IMG/VR virus record: IMGVR_UViG_3300048925_000677
Span: 1 to 53,568 of that record
Source: a virus
Taxonomy: Duplodnaviria > Heunggongvirae > Uroviricota > Caudoviricetes
DNA: 53,568 bases
Direction: 5' to 3' (one strand)
Shown here: piece by piece, positions 33,172 to 42,505 of the stretch
How positions within the stretch are numbered: the first letter of the stretch is position 1
Layout: each line of letters begins with the position of its first letter
Notes under the pieces: model-generated
Databases searched by the model: none
Told to the model about the DNA's origin: nothing
What the model saw: only the letters and a program-made list of their open reading frames with translations
Made by a program: the position numbers and the translations under genes

Positions 33172-36100
33172 TTAGCCGCCCGGGTTGATGTAGGCGTTGT
33201 ACATCGCACCGCCCACGTCGTTCGCGAGTTGCTGGGCGTTGCCAGCGCGATCCGGCGGGATGGCGATACTGATGTGGTTGGTCTGCTGAGGACCGCCCTG
33301 CGCACCCTGGCCGGGCTCTCCTGGCTGACCGGGCTGACCCTGCGGGTTGCGAGGATCGTTCGGGTCGACCTTGGAGTTCTTGCCCTGCTGTCCTGCGCCC
33401 ATGCCAGTGGCGGGGCGTGCTCCAGCGAGACCGCCGGCGATGCGCGTCAACCAGCTTGCGCCAGTTGAGTTACCGCCACCGTCGGGATCGGACACGCCAA
33501 AGGTCTCCATGAGGCCCTGCATGCCGATACCTGCAGCCTTGCCGCCGAACGCGATGGTCTTGTTGATCGCCTTCATCGCCATGTCGGCTGCAGCGCCCAT
33601 GCCGGGCATCATCATGTTCGCAGCGCCACCAGCCCCACTCAGCGCGGCACCGATAAGGCCACCGCCAACGCCAGCATTGCCGCCGCCCTCGGGCGTCCAG
33701 CTCGGTGCCGCCTGCTCCTCGGGAGTGGTCGGGACGTAGGACGCAGTCGGAGGCGTACTCGGTGTCACCATGCCTGGGCCAAAGGCGTTCGGGAATCCCG
33801 AAGACAGTGGTCCGCCCGTGGGGACGCTGCCGGGAGCCGGTAGCGGAGGCAGTGGCGGGGTCAGGCCGGGGTCCGTGTTCGTCGACGGGCCAGGGACGAG
33901 TCCTGGCGGTAGTGTTACGGGTGTACTACTGACCGCCGGCGGCATAGTGGCCCCGGGAGTCGCGGAAACCACAGGGGGAACCGGGACGCCGGGTGAACTA
34001 CCCACGCCACCAACACCGACGGGACGGTAGAACTGCTGAGCCATGACCGACGAACCCTCGCCACTACGGCCACCTGCATCGGCAGCCGCTTGACTGCCCC
34101 AGTTGAAGTTCGTCCCGCCGGGCAGGGTCGCCTGAGCGTGACCGCTGTCGAATCCGACCCGCATGTCGCCGGGTCCGCCGGGTCCGGGCAAGAAGCCTCG
34201 GCTCCGGAGGAACTCCTCCATGTTGGCAGTAGTGACGTTGGCGCCACTGGTCGGCATACCGTCGAGCATGTTGACCAGATCTTCGACGGCGCTGGAGCAA
34301 TCCGCGAGACCCTGGGTGAGGTCACCGCGAGCCTCCTGCGTGTAGGTGCCCTTCGGCACCCGCGACAGAAGGGCGGCGTCGCCCGGATATGCGGTCGTGG
34401 CACCGGGATTGAGATACGAAGCGCCGTAGGTCCCGTAGGAGCCGTAGGTGCTACTGCCGGTGTCGTTGCCCCCGGTGTAGCCCAACATCCCGAGGATGCC
34501 GGTACCCTTGGCGCCCGCGGCCATTGGCGCGAGCATGCCCTGGAGCGGAGCGGTCGCCAGTGCGGCGATGAACCGAACCAGGTTGTCTGCCAAGCCCGGA
34601 AGACCCTTGGAGAAGCCGAGGTCATTGTCGAGTTGTGCACCGATCTGGCCAAACCCGTCGGAGAGCTTGGACAGCTTGCCCTGTGCCTTCTCGGCGAGGT
34701 CGTACTGCGCCTGGCGGAAGTCGGCCTCCTCGTCGGCGACCTTTTCTCGCGCCTTGAGGATTTCGAAGTCCGAAGACACGCCGGCTGCCTGCATCGCGGC
34801 AAGCTGCATATTGGCGTCGCGGACATCGCGAGCCTGCTCGATAACCTTCTGGTACGCCGCCTGAACCTCACGAGGGTCGCCCATGCCACCCATTGGCATG
34901 GCGCCAATCTGCGGCATGAACGAACTCGGATTCAGCTTCGCCAGTTCCGCGGCGATCTTCTCCGAATCGGACGGCTTACTCCCGCCGCCACTTTCGGGGA
35001 CGGGCGGGATGTCGAACTGCGTGGACGCGGGGAATCGCGGACCCCCAGGTTCAGGGGTCGACCCCCACCATGACCCAGCAGGCCCGGGGGCCTGCTCGCC
35101 AGGAGCGGGGGTTCCCCACCCTGGGCGAACGGGAGGAACGTAGCCAGGCTCGCCGGGGTCGGGGCCTAGTCCACCTTGACTTTTCGGGACGCGCGCCAGA
35201 TCCTGGAGGCCGCCCCGCTGGGCAGTAGCCCGCTCTGCGGGCGTGGCGTCGGCCGGGAGGACGTCGTTCGGGTTCATTGGAACCTGCTTGGCGTTCTGGA
35301 TCTTGTTGAGCGTGTAGAGCAACGACCCCGCCGCGGCGGCCAGCAGTCCAATGGGCCCCATGGCGGCTGCGGCAAGACCTGGGAGCGCGCTCAACGCTCC
35401 GCCAACCCCGCCCATGCCCAGTGCGCCGGCCAGGTTCATGACGCCAGCGATGGCGCCGAGCATCTTCGCGCCAACGAACACCGCGAGCGCGGTGGTGGCG
35501 AGATTCTCCCAGCCGCCCAACGCGTCCGCGACAGGCTTGATGGCGTTCAGGAATCCGTTCACGGCATTAGCCGCTCCCTGGATGGCTCCGATTACGCCCT
35601 TGACTGCCCCAGCAGCGCTTTCGATGGTCGCTTTAAAATCCTCGGGCGACTTGTTGCCAAAGGTCTGATAGACCCACTTGCCAAGGTCTCCGATGAACCC
35701 GATGAGCATCTTCGTTGCGTCGATGCCCTTGTTGATGAAGGCCTCGAAGGTCCCGTCCTGCTGGGCGCCCTGGATGAACTTCGCGAACGAGTTTGCCGCA
35801 TTGGTGATCGCGTCGGCTAGTCGCGGCAGGAACTTCGATCCCGTCTCCGCAATCCCCAGCAGCGCGTCGGCGAACGGCGCGACCGCGGGCTCCAGCTTCT
35901 GGAACGCCAAAAGGATGTTGTTGATGATGGTTTCGAGGGACTTCATGTTGTCCGGCGTCGCGAACTCGGTGAGGACGTTGCCCATCATGTTGTTCATCGA
36001 GCCGGCGATGCCGGTCGTAAGGCGTTGCGCGCCAGGGCCGAACTGGTTCGAGGCAAACTCCAGCATCCCCGAGCTATCCTTGAACAGGGCGTCCTGAGTG

Positions 36101-37368
36101 GCCTTCTTCAGCTCGCCCATAGGGCCATCGACGAGGTGCTGGATCTGCAGGGCCGCCTGCTGCGCGTTTGGCGACAACTCGGCGATACCCTCGGCGAACT
36201 TCTTCGGATCGCCCATATGCTTGATCGTGTCGGCGAAGCCGGCTGTGCCAATTGCCAAGGTGGCCATGGCCGCCCCGCCTGCTGTTGCCACTGCGGGAAG
36301 GACTGCGAGAGCCTGCGACGCGGTGACGGCAGCCTCTGCGACGCTGGCCAAGGTAATGAGCACGCCCGAGCCGATGACAGCGCCGGCGCGACCGCCCGGA
36401 ACGCCGGGCAGGTCGGTCAGCATCGAGCCCAAAGTGCCCATGCTGCCGCCATTATTGCTACCGCGGCGCTTGTTCTTCTCAGCATCGGAGGCGGCGCGCT
36501 TGGCCTCGGCGAGGGACCTGACGGCCTCCTCCTCCTTCTCGGCGAGCTTCGTCGACTCCTCGCTGATGCGATTCGCCTCCTCGCTTACCGAGGCCGACTC
36601 CTTCACGATCTTGCTGTGCTCGGACTCGACGGCGCTCAGCTCCGAGACGCCCTTCTTGCGTGCGGCGGTTGCGGCTCGACTGGCGGCCTGGGTGGCTTGC
36701 ACGGCGGCGGTGGCGTCGTTGTAGCTGTCGCGCAACTGATCGACCATCCGCTGCTGATCGGCAATTGCCTTCAGCTCTTCGATATTTCGCTTGCGCAGGC
36801 CACTGGAGTCGTCGCTCATGAGATCCGCGCGGCGTCGAGCAGCCTTGGCGTCCTCTGCGCTCTCGGCGACCTTGGCGTACGCGCGCAATGCACGGATCTG
36901 CTGATCGATATTGGCCAGCTCAGACTTCGTAGTGTCGGCGTGGTCCTTCTTGAGCTTGTCGCGCTTAGCTTCCGCTGCCGACAAGTCCTTTTCCGCCGCG
37001 GAGGCCTTCGCCTTCAGTCGCGTGAGGCTAGCCAGCAGGTCTGACTCCTGCTTGACCAACTCGTTCTGAACCGTCTTCTGGTCGCTCAACGCGTCGCCGA
37101 TAGCAATAGCCTTCTGGTTCAACGCATTTAGCTTCGCCTGAACCTTGGCATCCTCTTGATTCAGCTTGGTCTTCTGAGCGGTGATCTCATTAACCTTGCC
37201 GATGGCTCGCCGGACCCGCGGCATGCTCTTCTCGTACTCGGTCGCGAGAAGCTTGCCGCCCTGATTACCGGCGCGCTCAAGAGACCCCTGGATCTCGTTG
37301 ACGGAGTCGTTGATTGACTTCCGGTTGATACCAAGGAATCCCTCAATGGCAAGGCGATGGGTGCTCAT
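33172..37368 (-). CDS. tape measure protein
   Basis: 1398 aa, Ala/Gly-rich helical, coiled-coil N-terminus, after chaperones; DCSSAV..GHAQATL peptidase-like insert. Confidence 0.93.
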   Translation of the reverse strand: MSTHRLAIEGFLGINRKSINDSVNEIQGSLERAGNQGGKLLATEYEKSMPRVRRAIGKVNEITAQKTKLNQEDAKVQAKLNALNQKAIAIGDALSDQKTVQNELVKQESDLLASLTRLKAKASAAEKDLSAAEAKRDKLKKDHADTTKSELANIDQQIRALRAYAKVAESAEDAKAARRRADLMSDDSSGLRKRNIEELKAIADQQRMVDQLRDSYNDATAAVQATQAASRAATAARKKGVSELSAVESEHSKIVKESASVSEEANRISEESTKLAEKEEEAVRSLAEAKRAASDAEKNKRRGSNNGGSMGTLGSMLTDLPGVPGGRAGAVIGSGVLITLASVAEAAVTASQALAVLPAVATAGGAAMATLAIGTAGFADTIKHMGDPKKFAEGIAELSPNAQQAALQIQHLVDGPMGELKKATQDALFKDSSGMLEFASNQFGPGAQRLTTGIAGSMNNMMGNVLTEFATPDNMKSLETIINNILLAFQKLEPAVAPFADALLGIAETGSKFLPRLADAITNAANSFAKFIQGAQQDGTFEAFINKGIDATKMLIGFIGDLGKWVYQTFGNKSPEDFKATIESAAGAVKGVIGAIQGAANAVNGFLNAIKPVADALGGWENLATTALAVFVGAKMLGAIAGVMNLAGALGMGGVGGALSALPGLAAAAMGPIGLLAAAAGSLLYTLNKIQNAKQVPMNPNDVLPADATPAERATAQRGGLQDLARVPKSQGGLGPDPGEPGYVPPVRPGWGTPAPGEQAPGPAGSWWGSTPEPGGPRFPASTQFDIPPVPESGGGSKPSDSEKIAAELAKLNPSSFMPQIGAMPMGGMGDPREVQAAYQKVIEQARDVRDANMQLAAMQAAGVSSDFEILKAREKVADEEADFRQAQYDLAEKAQGKLSKLSDGFGQIGAQLDNDLGFSKGLPGLADNLVRFIAALATAPLQGMLAPMAAGAKGTGILGMLGYTGGNDTGSSTYGSYGTYGASYLNPGATTAYPGDAALLSRVPKGTYTQEARGDLTQGLADCSSAVEDLVNMLDGMPTSGANVTTANMEEFLRSRGFLPGPGGPGDMRVGFDSGHAQATLPGGTNFNWGSQAAADAGGRSGEGSSVMAQQFYRPVGVGGVGSSPGVPVPPVVSATPGATMPPAVSSTPVTLPPGLVPGPSTNTDPGLTPPLPPLPAPGSVPTGGPLSSGFPNAFGPGMVTPSTPPTASYVPTTPEEQAAPSWTPEGGGNAGVGGGLIGAALSGAGGAANMMMPGMGAAADMAMKAINKTIAFGGKAAGIGMQGLMETFGVSDPDGGGNSTGASWLTRIAGGLAGARPATGMGAGQQGKNSKVDPNDPRNPQGQPGQPGEPGQGAQGGPQQTNHISIAIPPDRAGNAQQLANDVGGAMYNAYINPGG

Positions 37369-37644
37369 TTAGTCCTCCCTGAACTGTCCGGTGAGTTGCG
37401 CGTAGATCAGGCTTTGGATTTCGCGCTTGTGACTGCGCTCCTGCTCGACCTTGACTTCTTCAAGGAATTGCTCAGAGCTGATTCGATACCAACAATCAGG
37501 GGGGAGGCCGGCGAGAAGAGTGAGCAGCCGTCGGCTGCTCATCTTCCCTGTATGCCAGTCCCCTATATCAACGCCGTGATATAGGGAGAGGTCGCACTCA
37601 ATCTCCCTCGGGAACGTCTTCCACAGTGGAATCGCTTCCGTCAC
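37369..37644 (-). CDS. tail assembly chaperone, downstream (gpT-like) part
   Basis: Overlaps 3' end of upstream chaperone; IECDLSLYHGVDIGDW..G.MSSRRLL. Confidence 0.8.
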   Translation of the reverse strand: MTEAIPLWKTFPREIECDLSLYHGVDIGDWHTGKMSSRRLLTLLAGLPPDCWYRISSEQFLEEVKVEQERSHKREIQSLIYAQLTGQFRED

Positions 37645-38107
37645 TTTTGGAGTCGGCCTTCACCCGCTTCTGGAACGCGTCATTCATCTGCGCCCAGATC
37701 AGGCCGACCTGGTTACCAGAACCGCCGGCCTTCTTGAACGCTTCGTAGCGCTCACCGAAGAGCACCTGCGCCACGCGGACGTTGTACGAGGGCTTCAGCA
37801 GCTCGCCCTTGATGCGGTACGGCTTGAGGTAATCGCCCTTGACCGTGCTGGCCGGAATGACTGTGCCGTCTTCGAGTTCGCGCTCGGCAATATCGATGTC
37901 GGGCTCGCGGTCGCACTTCTCCAGTTCGAACTGCAACTCTTCCCAGCGCTCCTGCTGGTCGTCGTCGAGCAGGCCCGGGTTGGGGATCTCGAAGATCTCA
38001 TCGCCCGCCTGGATCTTGACGCTGGCGGCGAAGCCGAAGTAGTCGGCCGCCTGCTCCTTGGCCTCCTGGTTCGAGATCGGGATGCGAGGGCTCAGGTGCT
38101 TGGTCAT
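37598..38107 (-). CDS. tail assembly chaperone (gpG-like)
   Basis: Position between major tail and tape measure; acidic 169 aa. Confidence 0.82.
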   Translation of the reverse strand: MTKHLSPRIPISNQEAKEQAADYFGFAASVKIQAGDEIFEIPNPGLLDDDQQERWEELQFELEKCDREPDIDIAERELEDGTVIPASTVKGDYLKPYRIKGELLKPSYNVRVAQVLFGERYEAFKKAGGSGNQVGLIWAQMNDAFQKRVKADSKSDGSDSTVEDVPEGD

Positions 38108-38144
38108 GGATTACTCCTAAAATTTGTGAGGGAAAGTGGTTGAA

Positions 38145-38702
38145 CTACTTGTGAAATGCGAGGTAGGCGATCAGTCCGCGAAGCTTCTCGACGCTGTCGT
38201 TGACGCCGCCAAGAGCGACATTGCATCCGTTGCAGAGCAGCGATCTAACGCATTTGCCGCACGACTTCTGGCCGGGGCAGCACGCGTGGTCGTGATCGAC
38301 GTCGAGGCTGCGCCTATCGGGCCCGCTAGAGCAGGTCGGATTTGCGCATACGCCGCCTTGCTGTTCGAGCATGGCGATGTAATCCGCTTCGGTGATCCGA
38401 TACTTGCTCTTCAGATAGTCGTTGCGGCGCTGTGATTTTCGATACCCTGACCCGCGCGGGGAAGCCGCGTACTGGCGCTGCCGATCCTTGATGCGGTCAC
38501 TATTGGCTTGGTAGTAACTTTTCTGATACAGAGAGCTGCACGCTTTACACCAGTGCTGCAGGCCATCGTGCGTGCTGCGGTTCTTGCCGAACTGATCTAG
38601 CGATTTTTCGGTCTTACACTTTGTGCATGCCTTCAGTGGATGTCTACACTTTCCCAATAGGGCTGCAGGGCTGTGGAGCCCGCGGTGGTGGACACAGCCC
38701 AT
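38145..38702 (-). CDS. endonuclease VII-like HNH homing endonuclease
   Basis: CTKC..K....F..N N-terminus; Y..ML..QGGVC..C..L.VDHDH.....VR.LLC..CN..LG. Confidence 0.88.
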   Translation of the reverse strand: MGCVHHRGLHSPAALLGKCRHPLKACTKCKTEKSLDQFGKNRSTHDGLQHWCKACSSLYQKSYYQANSDRIKDRQRQYAASPRGSGYRKSQRRNDYLKSKYRITEADYIAMLEQQGGVCANPTCSSGPDRRSLDVDHDHACCPGQKSCGKCVRSLLCNGCNVALGGVNDSVEKLRGLIAYLAFHK

Positions 38703-38729
38703 AGGCCCACCACCGCGGGTAGAAAAGGT

Positions 38730-38749
38730 GAACTCCCAACCGGGAGTTC
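38730..38749 (-). terminator. hairpin terminator after major tail gene
   Basis: GAACTCCC-N4-GGGAGTTC followed by acctttt on - strand. Confidence 0.55.
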
Positions 38750-38753
38750 GGGA

Positions 38754-39758
38754 TTACGACAGGCCGATGACCGATGCCGTGAACGGCGAGGTCGAGGTGA
38801 TCGCGTTCGTGCCGGTGGCCTTGACGCGGAACACCCAGTTGGCCGAGGACGTCACGCCACTGACACGGATCGTGATCGTCGTGGTGCCGGTGACGGCAAC
38901 GACGGTTGCGGTCGTCCACGTAGCACCGCCGTCGTTGGACTTCTCGACGACGTAGGTGAGTTCGCTCGACTTCGAGGTCGGCTTGGCGAACACGACATCC
39001 GCGAGCTGGCCGACCACCGCGGTGGCGACAGGCGGCGCGGAGAACACCGGGCGGCCCTGCAGACCACGCCAAGCGGCGCCGTCGCGGAACCGCAGAGCGG
39101 GGGTGCCCACGTACGGGCAGAGCAGCGAGCCAAGCTCGATCTCCATGGTGTCCGGATCGGCCTTGTTCCACGACGAGTTGCCGCGGTTGCGCAGCGACAT
39201 GCGCGGGAAGACCTCAGCGACGAAGTTCTCGCCGTCGAAGCCCAGCGCGATCACCTGGCGTTCCAGCAGCGGGGTCTCCGCCGGCTTGCGAATGCCGTAG
39301 CCCGCCTTGCCGACATCCTGCAGCGACTGCAGCGGCAGGTCGTAACGCAGAGCGTCGACCAACGGGATGCCCTCCAGGGCCTTGATGGTGATGCCGTCGT
39401 TATCGGCGGTGACGTCGAACCGGACCGCGCGCTTGGACTGCGCGATCATGGTTTCGGCAACGTCGGTGTTGTAGGTCATTTCGAGGCCGTCCTCATGGAG
39501 GGCGCCGAGGTGATAGAACCCGAGGTTCGGTGCCTCACCGAGCAGGTCGGTGCGCAGCTTGCCGTCGAGCGCGAACGGCGAGAAGTCACCATCGTCGTTC
39601 AGGCCGACCGCGGGGTCCGCGAGGTTGTGGACCGTCCCGTCCGGATTCAGGTAGTCCCGAATCAGCAGATCGGTCACGATCATCTTGCGGACAGTCAGCG
39701 GGTTGATGCCCTGCTGCAGGATCTGCCCGTAAGTACCGCCGGAGTTGGGCAATGCCAT
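38754..39758 (-). CDS. major tail protein with C-terminal FN3/Ig-like domain
   Basis: LGALHEDG, IAQS..AVR.DV motifs; C-terminal Y.VEKS.DGG.TW...W.FRVKA. Confidence 0.88.
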   Translation of the reverse strand: MALPNSGGTYGQILQQGINPLTVRKMIVTDLLIRDYLNPDGTVHNLADPAVGLNDDGDFSPFALDGKLRTDLLGEAPNLGFYHLGALHEDGLEMTYNTDVAETMIAQSKRAVRFDVTADNDGITIKALEGIPLVDALRYDLPLQSLQDVGKAGYGIRKPAETPLLERQVIALGFDGENFVAEVFPRMSLRNRGNSSWNKADPDTMEIELGSLLCPYVGTPALRFRDGAAWRGLQGRPVFSAPPVATAVVGQLADVVFAKPTSKSSELTYVVEKSNDGGATWTTATVVAVTGTTTITIRVSGVTSSANWVFRVKATGTNAITSTSPFTASVIGLS

Positions 39759-39824
39759 AAGCTAGTTGTTCCTTTCGAATTGCCCTGCTCACAGGGCGGC
39801 GAGGATTAGTTGGTTGGGGCCGAA

Positions 39825-40103
39825 TTACTTCTCGGCGGGCTTCGCCTTCGCGGTGGGCGCGGGCAGGCCACTGACGAGCGTCTTGGGATCGACAGGCTCG
39901 ACATCGGCCTCAATCACGAAGCCGGCCGGGATGATCGGGGCGCCGCCGGGGAACATCGCGTCCTCGGAGAGCGAGCGCTCCACATCGGCGCCAAGCGCCT
40001 CGGCCTGCGCGTCGGTCAGGTCGACGGTGCGGTTGGCCGCAACCGACTGGACCTTGCCGTCGACGACGTAAGAAACAGCCTTGAGGGTGCGGTACTTCGC
40101 CAT
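39825..40103 (-). CDS. small structural-region protein with YRTL N-terminal module
   Basis: MAKYRTLKAVSYVVDG..VDLTDAQAEALG; GAGAGG SD. Confidence 0.7.
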   Translation of the reverse strand: MAKYRTLKAVSYVVDGKVQSVAANRTVDLTDAQAEALGADVERSLSEDAMFPGGAPIIPAGFVIEADVEPVDPKTLVSGLPAPTAKAKPAEK

Positions 40104-40147
40104 GTTTTTCCTCTCTTGGAAATTGGGAGATCTGGTAGGGTGGGGAT

Positions 40148-40399
40148 GTGCACGAACCGCCCAGGAATCTCCTGACGAGGGACGTACGTGAAAGCGCCGT
40201 CGCCCGAATCGACGAGGACGGCGGCTTTTTGCAGGTCTATTGGGGTGAATTCGCGCTAGGCGGAAAGATTCAGACCAAAGGCCCGCGCTGCAGGCCGTGG
40301 AAGCACACGTGGGATTACGTGACCTACAAGACCGGCGTCGGCCGGCTCAATCACGACAAGTTGTGCACCACCTGCAACAGGCGGATACCGCTCAACTAG
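40148..40399 (+). CDS. antisense-oriented small protein with C-terminal CxxxxH...CxxC
   Basis: Fills a 290-bp gap; TGG-TAGGGT -10 at 40133-40141 six nt before GTG. Confidence 0.55.
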   Translation: MHEPPRNLLTRDVRESAVARIDEDGGFLQVYWGEFALGGKIQTKGPRCRPWKHTWDYVTYKTGVGRLNHDKLCTTCNRRIPLN

Positions 40400-40823
40400 C
40401 GGCTATATACCGGAAGTCGACCTCGTAGAGGCCGATCATCTGGTAAATCTTTTTGGGCTGTCCATCGTCGACGTATTTCTGCTTACGGAAGTACTCCGTG
40501 TTGTAGACATTGTCCGCATATACGTCGCCGGTCGAAATGGTTACCCGCTGCTGGCCAGTGAATCGACCGGCGAGATATTCCATTCGCCGGTGCACCAGGG
40601 TGCAGAAAGTCGAAGCCTTAGCCTCGGTCTCATGAAAGACGTGGATCGAATACTTGCCGTTGTCGACAAGCCCATCCGCATTGCCGCCGCCGCGGGCTAC
40701 CATGATGAATGGCAATACCGAATTGGTGGGCTTCTCAGATCGGCACTCCCCCAGCGGAGAGAGCCATACCTGCAGGACTTCCAGCCCATTCGGCGGTGCC
40801 CAGTTGGTCATTTCGACGGTCAT
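40392..40823 (-). CDS. tail terminator
   Basis: APPN.....V.WL.PLG..R...P....LPF.MV.R..G; position before major tail. Confidence 0.8.
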   Translation of the reverse strand: MTVEMTNWAPPNGLEVLQVWLSPLGECRSEKPTNSVLPFIMVARGGGNADGLVDNGKYSIHVFHETEAKASTFCTLVHRRMEYLAGRFTGQQRVTISTGDVYADNVYNTEYFRKQKYVDDGQPKKIYQMIGLYEVDFRYIAAS

Positions 40824-41293
40824 CGGACGTTCGGTTTCCTCTCCATTGCCGCAACTGTGCGGCGCATAGGCGCGAATTCTGGAGTGGGTGTTTTCGGACC
40901 CCATGGAGAGCGCGATCCCGGCTTATCTTCATTTGTGCCGTATTCGATCCAATGGGCTTTCGGGTCGTCGTTATAAACGAGGCCGACCATAACGCCACCC
41001 TTTCGTAGGGCGCGTTTAATCCATAGCCGTTGGCCGAGCGATAGCTCTTTCTTCTTGATATTCCGCCGATAACTCCCCGTCGCGTACGGGTGCGGCTTTC
41101 CTGTTTCCTGGGCAAGGACGCCCTCCATAGAGGAGTCCCAGATGAATACCCAGGTGTCGTGAATATCGTAGATAAAACGGCGCAAGGCCCGCTTGATGTC
41201 GCGATTGCGACTCAGTCCGTCGAAGATCGTGTCCTCGACGTCCTTGTAGCGGACCTCTACATGCGAAGTGACCCAGGTTTCGGTTCTAGCCAC
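40820..41293 (-). CDS. HK97 gp10-like neck/tail-completion protein
   Basis: TGSY, AHWIEYGT...TP.FAPMRR motif. Confidence 0.75.
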   Translation of the reverse strand: MARTETWVTSHVEVRYKDVEDTIFDGLSRNRDIKRALRRFIYDIHDTWVFIWDSSMEGVLAQETGKPHPYATGSYRRNIKKKELSLGQRLWIKRALRKGGVMVGLVYNDDPKAHWIEYGTNEDKPGSRSPWGPKTPTPEFAPMRRTVAAMERKPNVR

Positions 41294-41294
41294 A

Positions 41295-41651
41295 TCAGCC
41301 GTCCATCCGCTGGCAGATGATCGTCACCTTGAACGGCCGGCCGCGCGGACCCGGGAACACCCTTGGCCCGCCGACGATCTGGTAGGTGATGCCGTCGACC
41401 TCGACCTCGTCGTTCGACTTGGCTGCCATCACCGTGGCCGTCGGCGGCGCGGTGCACCTCCACGGGTCGGTAACGATGTCGCCCACGTTGATCGCCGGGG
41501 CGTCGATCTCCTCCTTGGCGGTCATCGGACGAAAGCGGCACCCGCGCACGGGTACCTTTACGCGGACAGTCTCGGGATTGCCCAGGATGTCGCGGTTGTT
41601 CAAATCCTCGGTGACAGTGACGAAGTAGACCGTCTGACTGCCTAGCCTCAT
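41295..41651 (-). CDS. head-to-tail stopper
   Basis: LG.QTV.FV, GCRFRP, VDGITYQIVG. Confidence 0.8.
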   Translation of the reverse strand: MRLGSQTVYFVTVTEDLNNRDILGNPETVRVKVPVRGCRFRPMTAKEEIDAPAINVGDIVTDPWRCTAPPTATVMAAKSNDEVEVDGITYQIVGGPRVFPGPRGRPFKVTIICQRMDG

Positions 41652-42208
41652 GCGACCGGAATCAATCGATACTGGTACAGGACGGACTCTTGCATCGGTT
41701 GCTTGGCGATACCCCAGCTACGGTCTGTGATACCAGACGCGCGCAGGGAGACATCGTCGACCTCGATGCCAGTAAGCTGACCACTGAGGCCCGTGCCGGC
41801 ACTGGCCACGGTGCGGTCAATGAGCGCCAGCACCTCCTCGCGGAAGGCCATTGCCTCGGCCGCGGCGAAGCCATGCTCCACCGTGACCACCACGCGCCCA
41901 CGCCAGAAACCGTCCTTGCGGTACAGGATTCCGGGTTCGTTGGTGTACTGCTCGATCTCGTCGACCGGAACAGTCACGCCATCTTCGGTGCACGAGGTAA
42001 TGGAATCGACCTTCAGCGTCGGGATGACGATGTAAGGCCATCCGCCGCCGTCGACCACGAAGGTGTCCGACCGGACCGGCGAAACGTGCCAGCCGCAATA
42101 CCGGCGGACCTTGTCGAGGGATGTGGCCAGTAGGCGCGCGTTCTCGACAGGGTCGATCAGCTCGGGGTTGTAGGCCACGACGTCGGCAAGTTCAAGCTCT
42201 TCAGCCAT
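41648..42208 (-). CDS. head-to-tail adaptor
   Basis: VRRYCGWHVSPV, VEHGF motifs. Confidence 0.85.
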   Translation of the reverse strand: MAEELELADVVAYNPELIDPVENARLLATSLDKVRRYCGWHVSPVRSDTFVVDGGGWPYIVIPTLKVDSITSCTEDGVTVPVDEIEQYTNEPGILYRKDGFWRGRVVVTVEHGFAAAEAMAFREEVLALIDRTVASAGTGLSGQLTGIEVDDVSLRASGITDRSWGIAKQPMQESVLYQYRLIPVA

Positions 42209-42225
42209 GACGGCCCCCCATTCGG

Positions 42226-42498
42226 TTAGTCGGTGGTTTCCTTGCGGGGACGGCCGCGGCCACGCTTGACGGGCTCTGCGGCGGTCTCCAGGGGCGGCTC
42301 GCTCACGGCGGTCTCGGTCGGTGCCGCGGCAACCTTCGTTTCCGGCGCCGGCGCGGAGACAGCCTTCTCGAAGTCCTGCAATGAAGCCCGCACCTGGCGG
42401 GCCCTATCCTCGGCGTCGACGGCCTCGTAGACCGCCAACTCCTGTAAGAGGGCCGCGCGGTAATCGGCCGCGAAGTCCCTCACGTTCTGGTCGGACAT
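42226..42498 (-). CDS. small protein with AT-hook-like C-terminus
   Basis: KRGRGRPRK; GTAGGAG SD before ATG 42498. Confidence 0.7.
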   Translation of the reverse strand: MSDQNVRDFAADYRAALLQELAVYEAVDAEDRARQVRASLQDFEKAVSAPAPETKVAAAPTETAVSEPPLETAAEPVKRGRGRPRKETTD

Positions 42499-42505
42499 GT
42501 TTCTC

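Noticed and set aside
42226-42498. AT-hook protein as a novel regulator
   Set aside because: Small RGRPRK-tailed proteins are common just downstream of actinophage capsid genes; it mainly marks the insertion boundary
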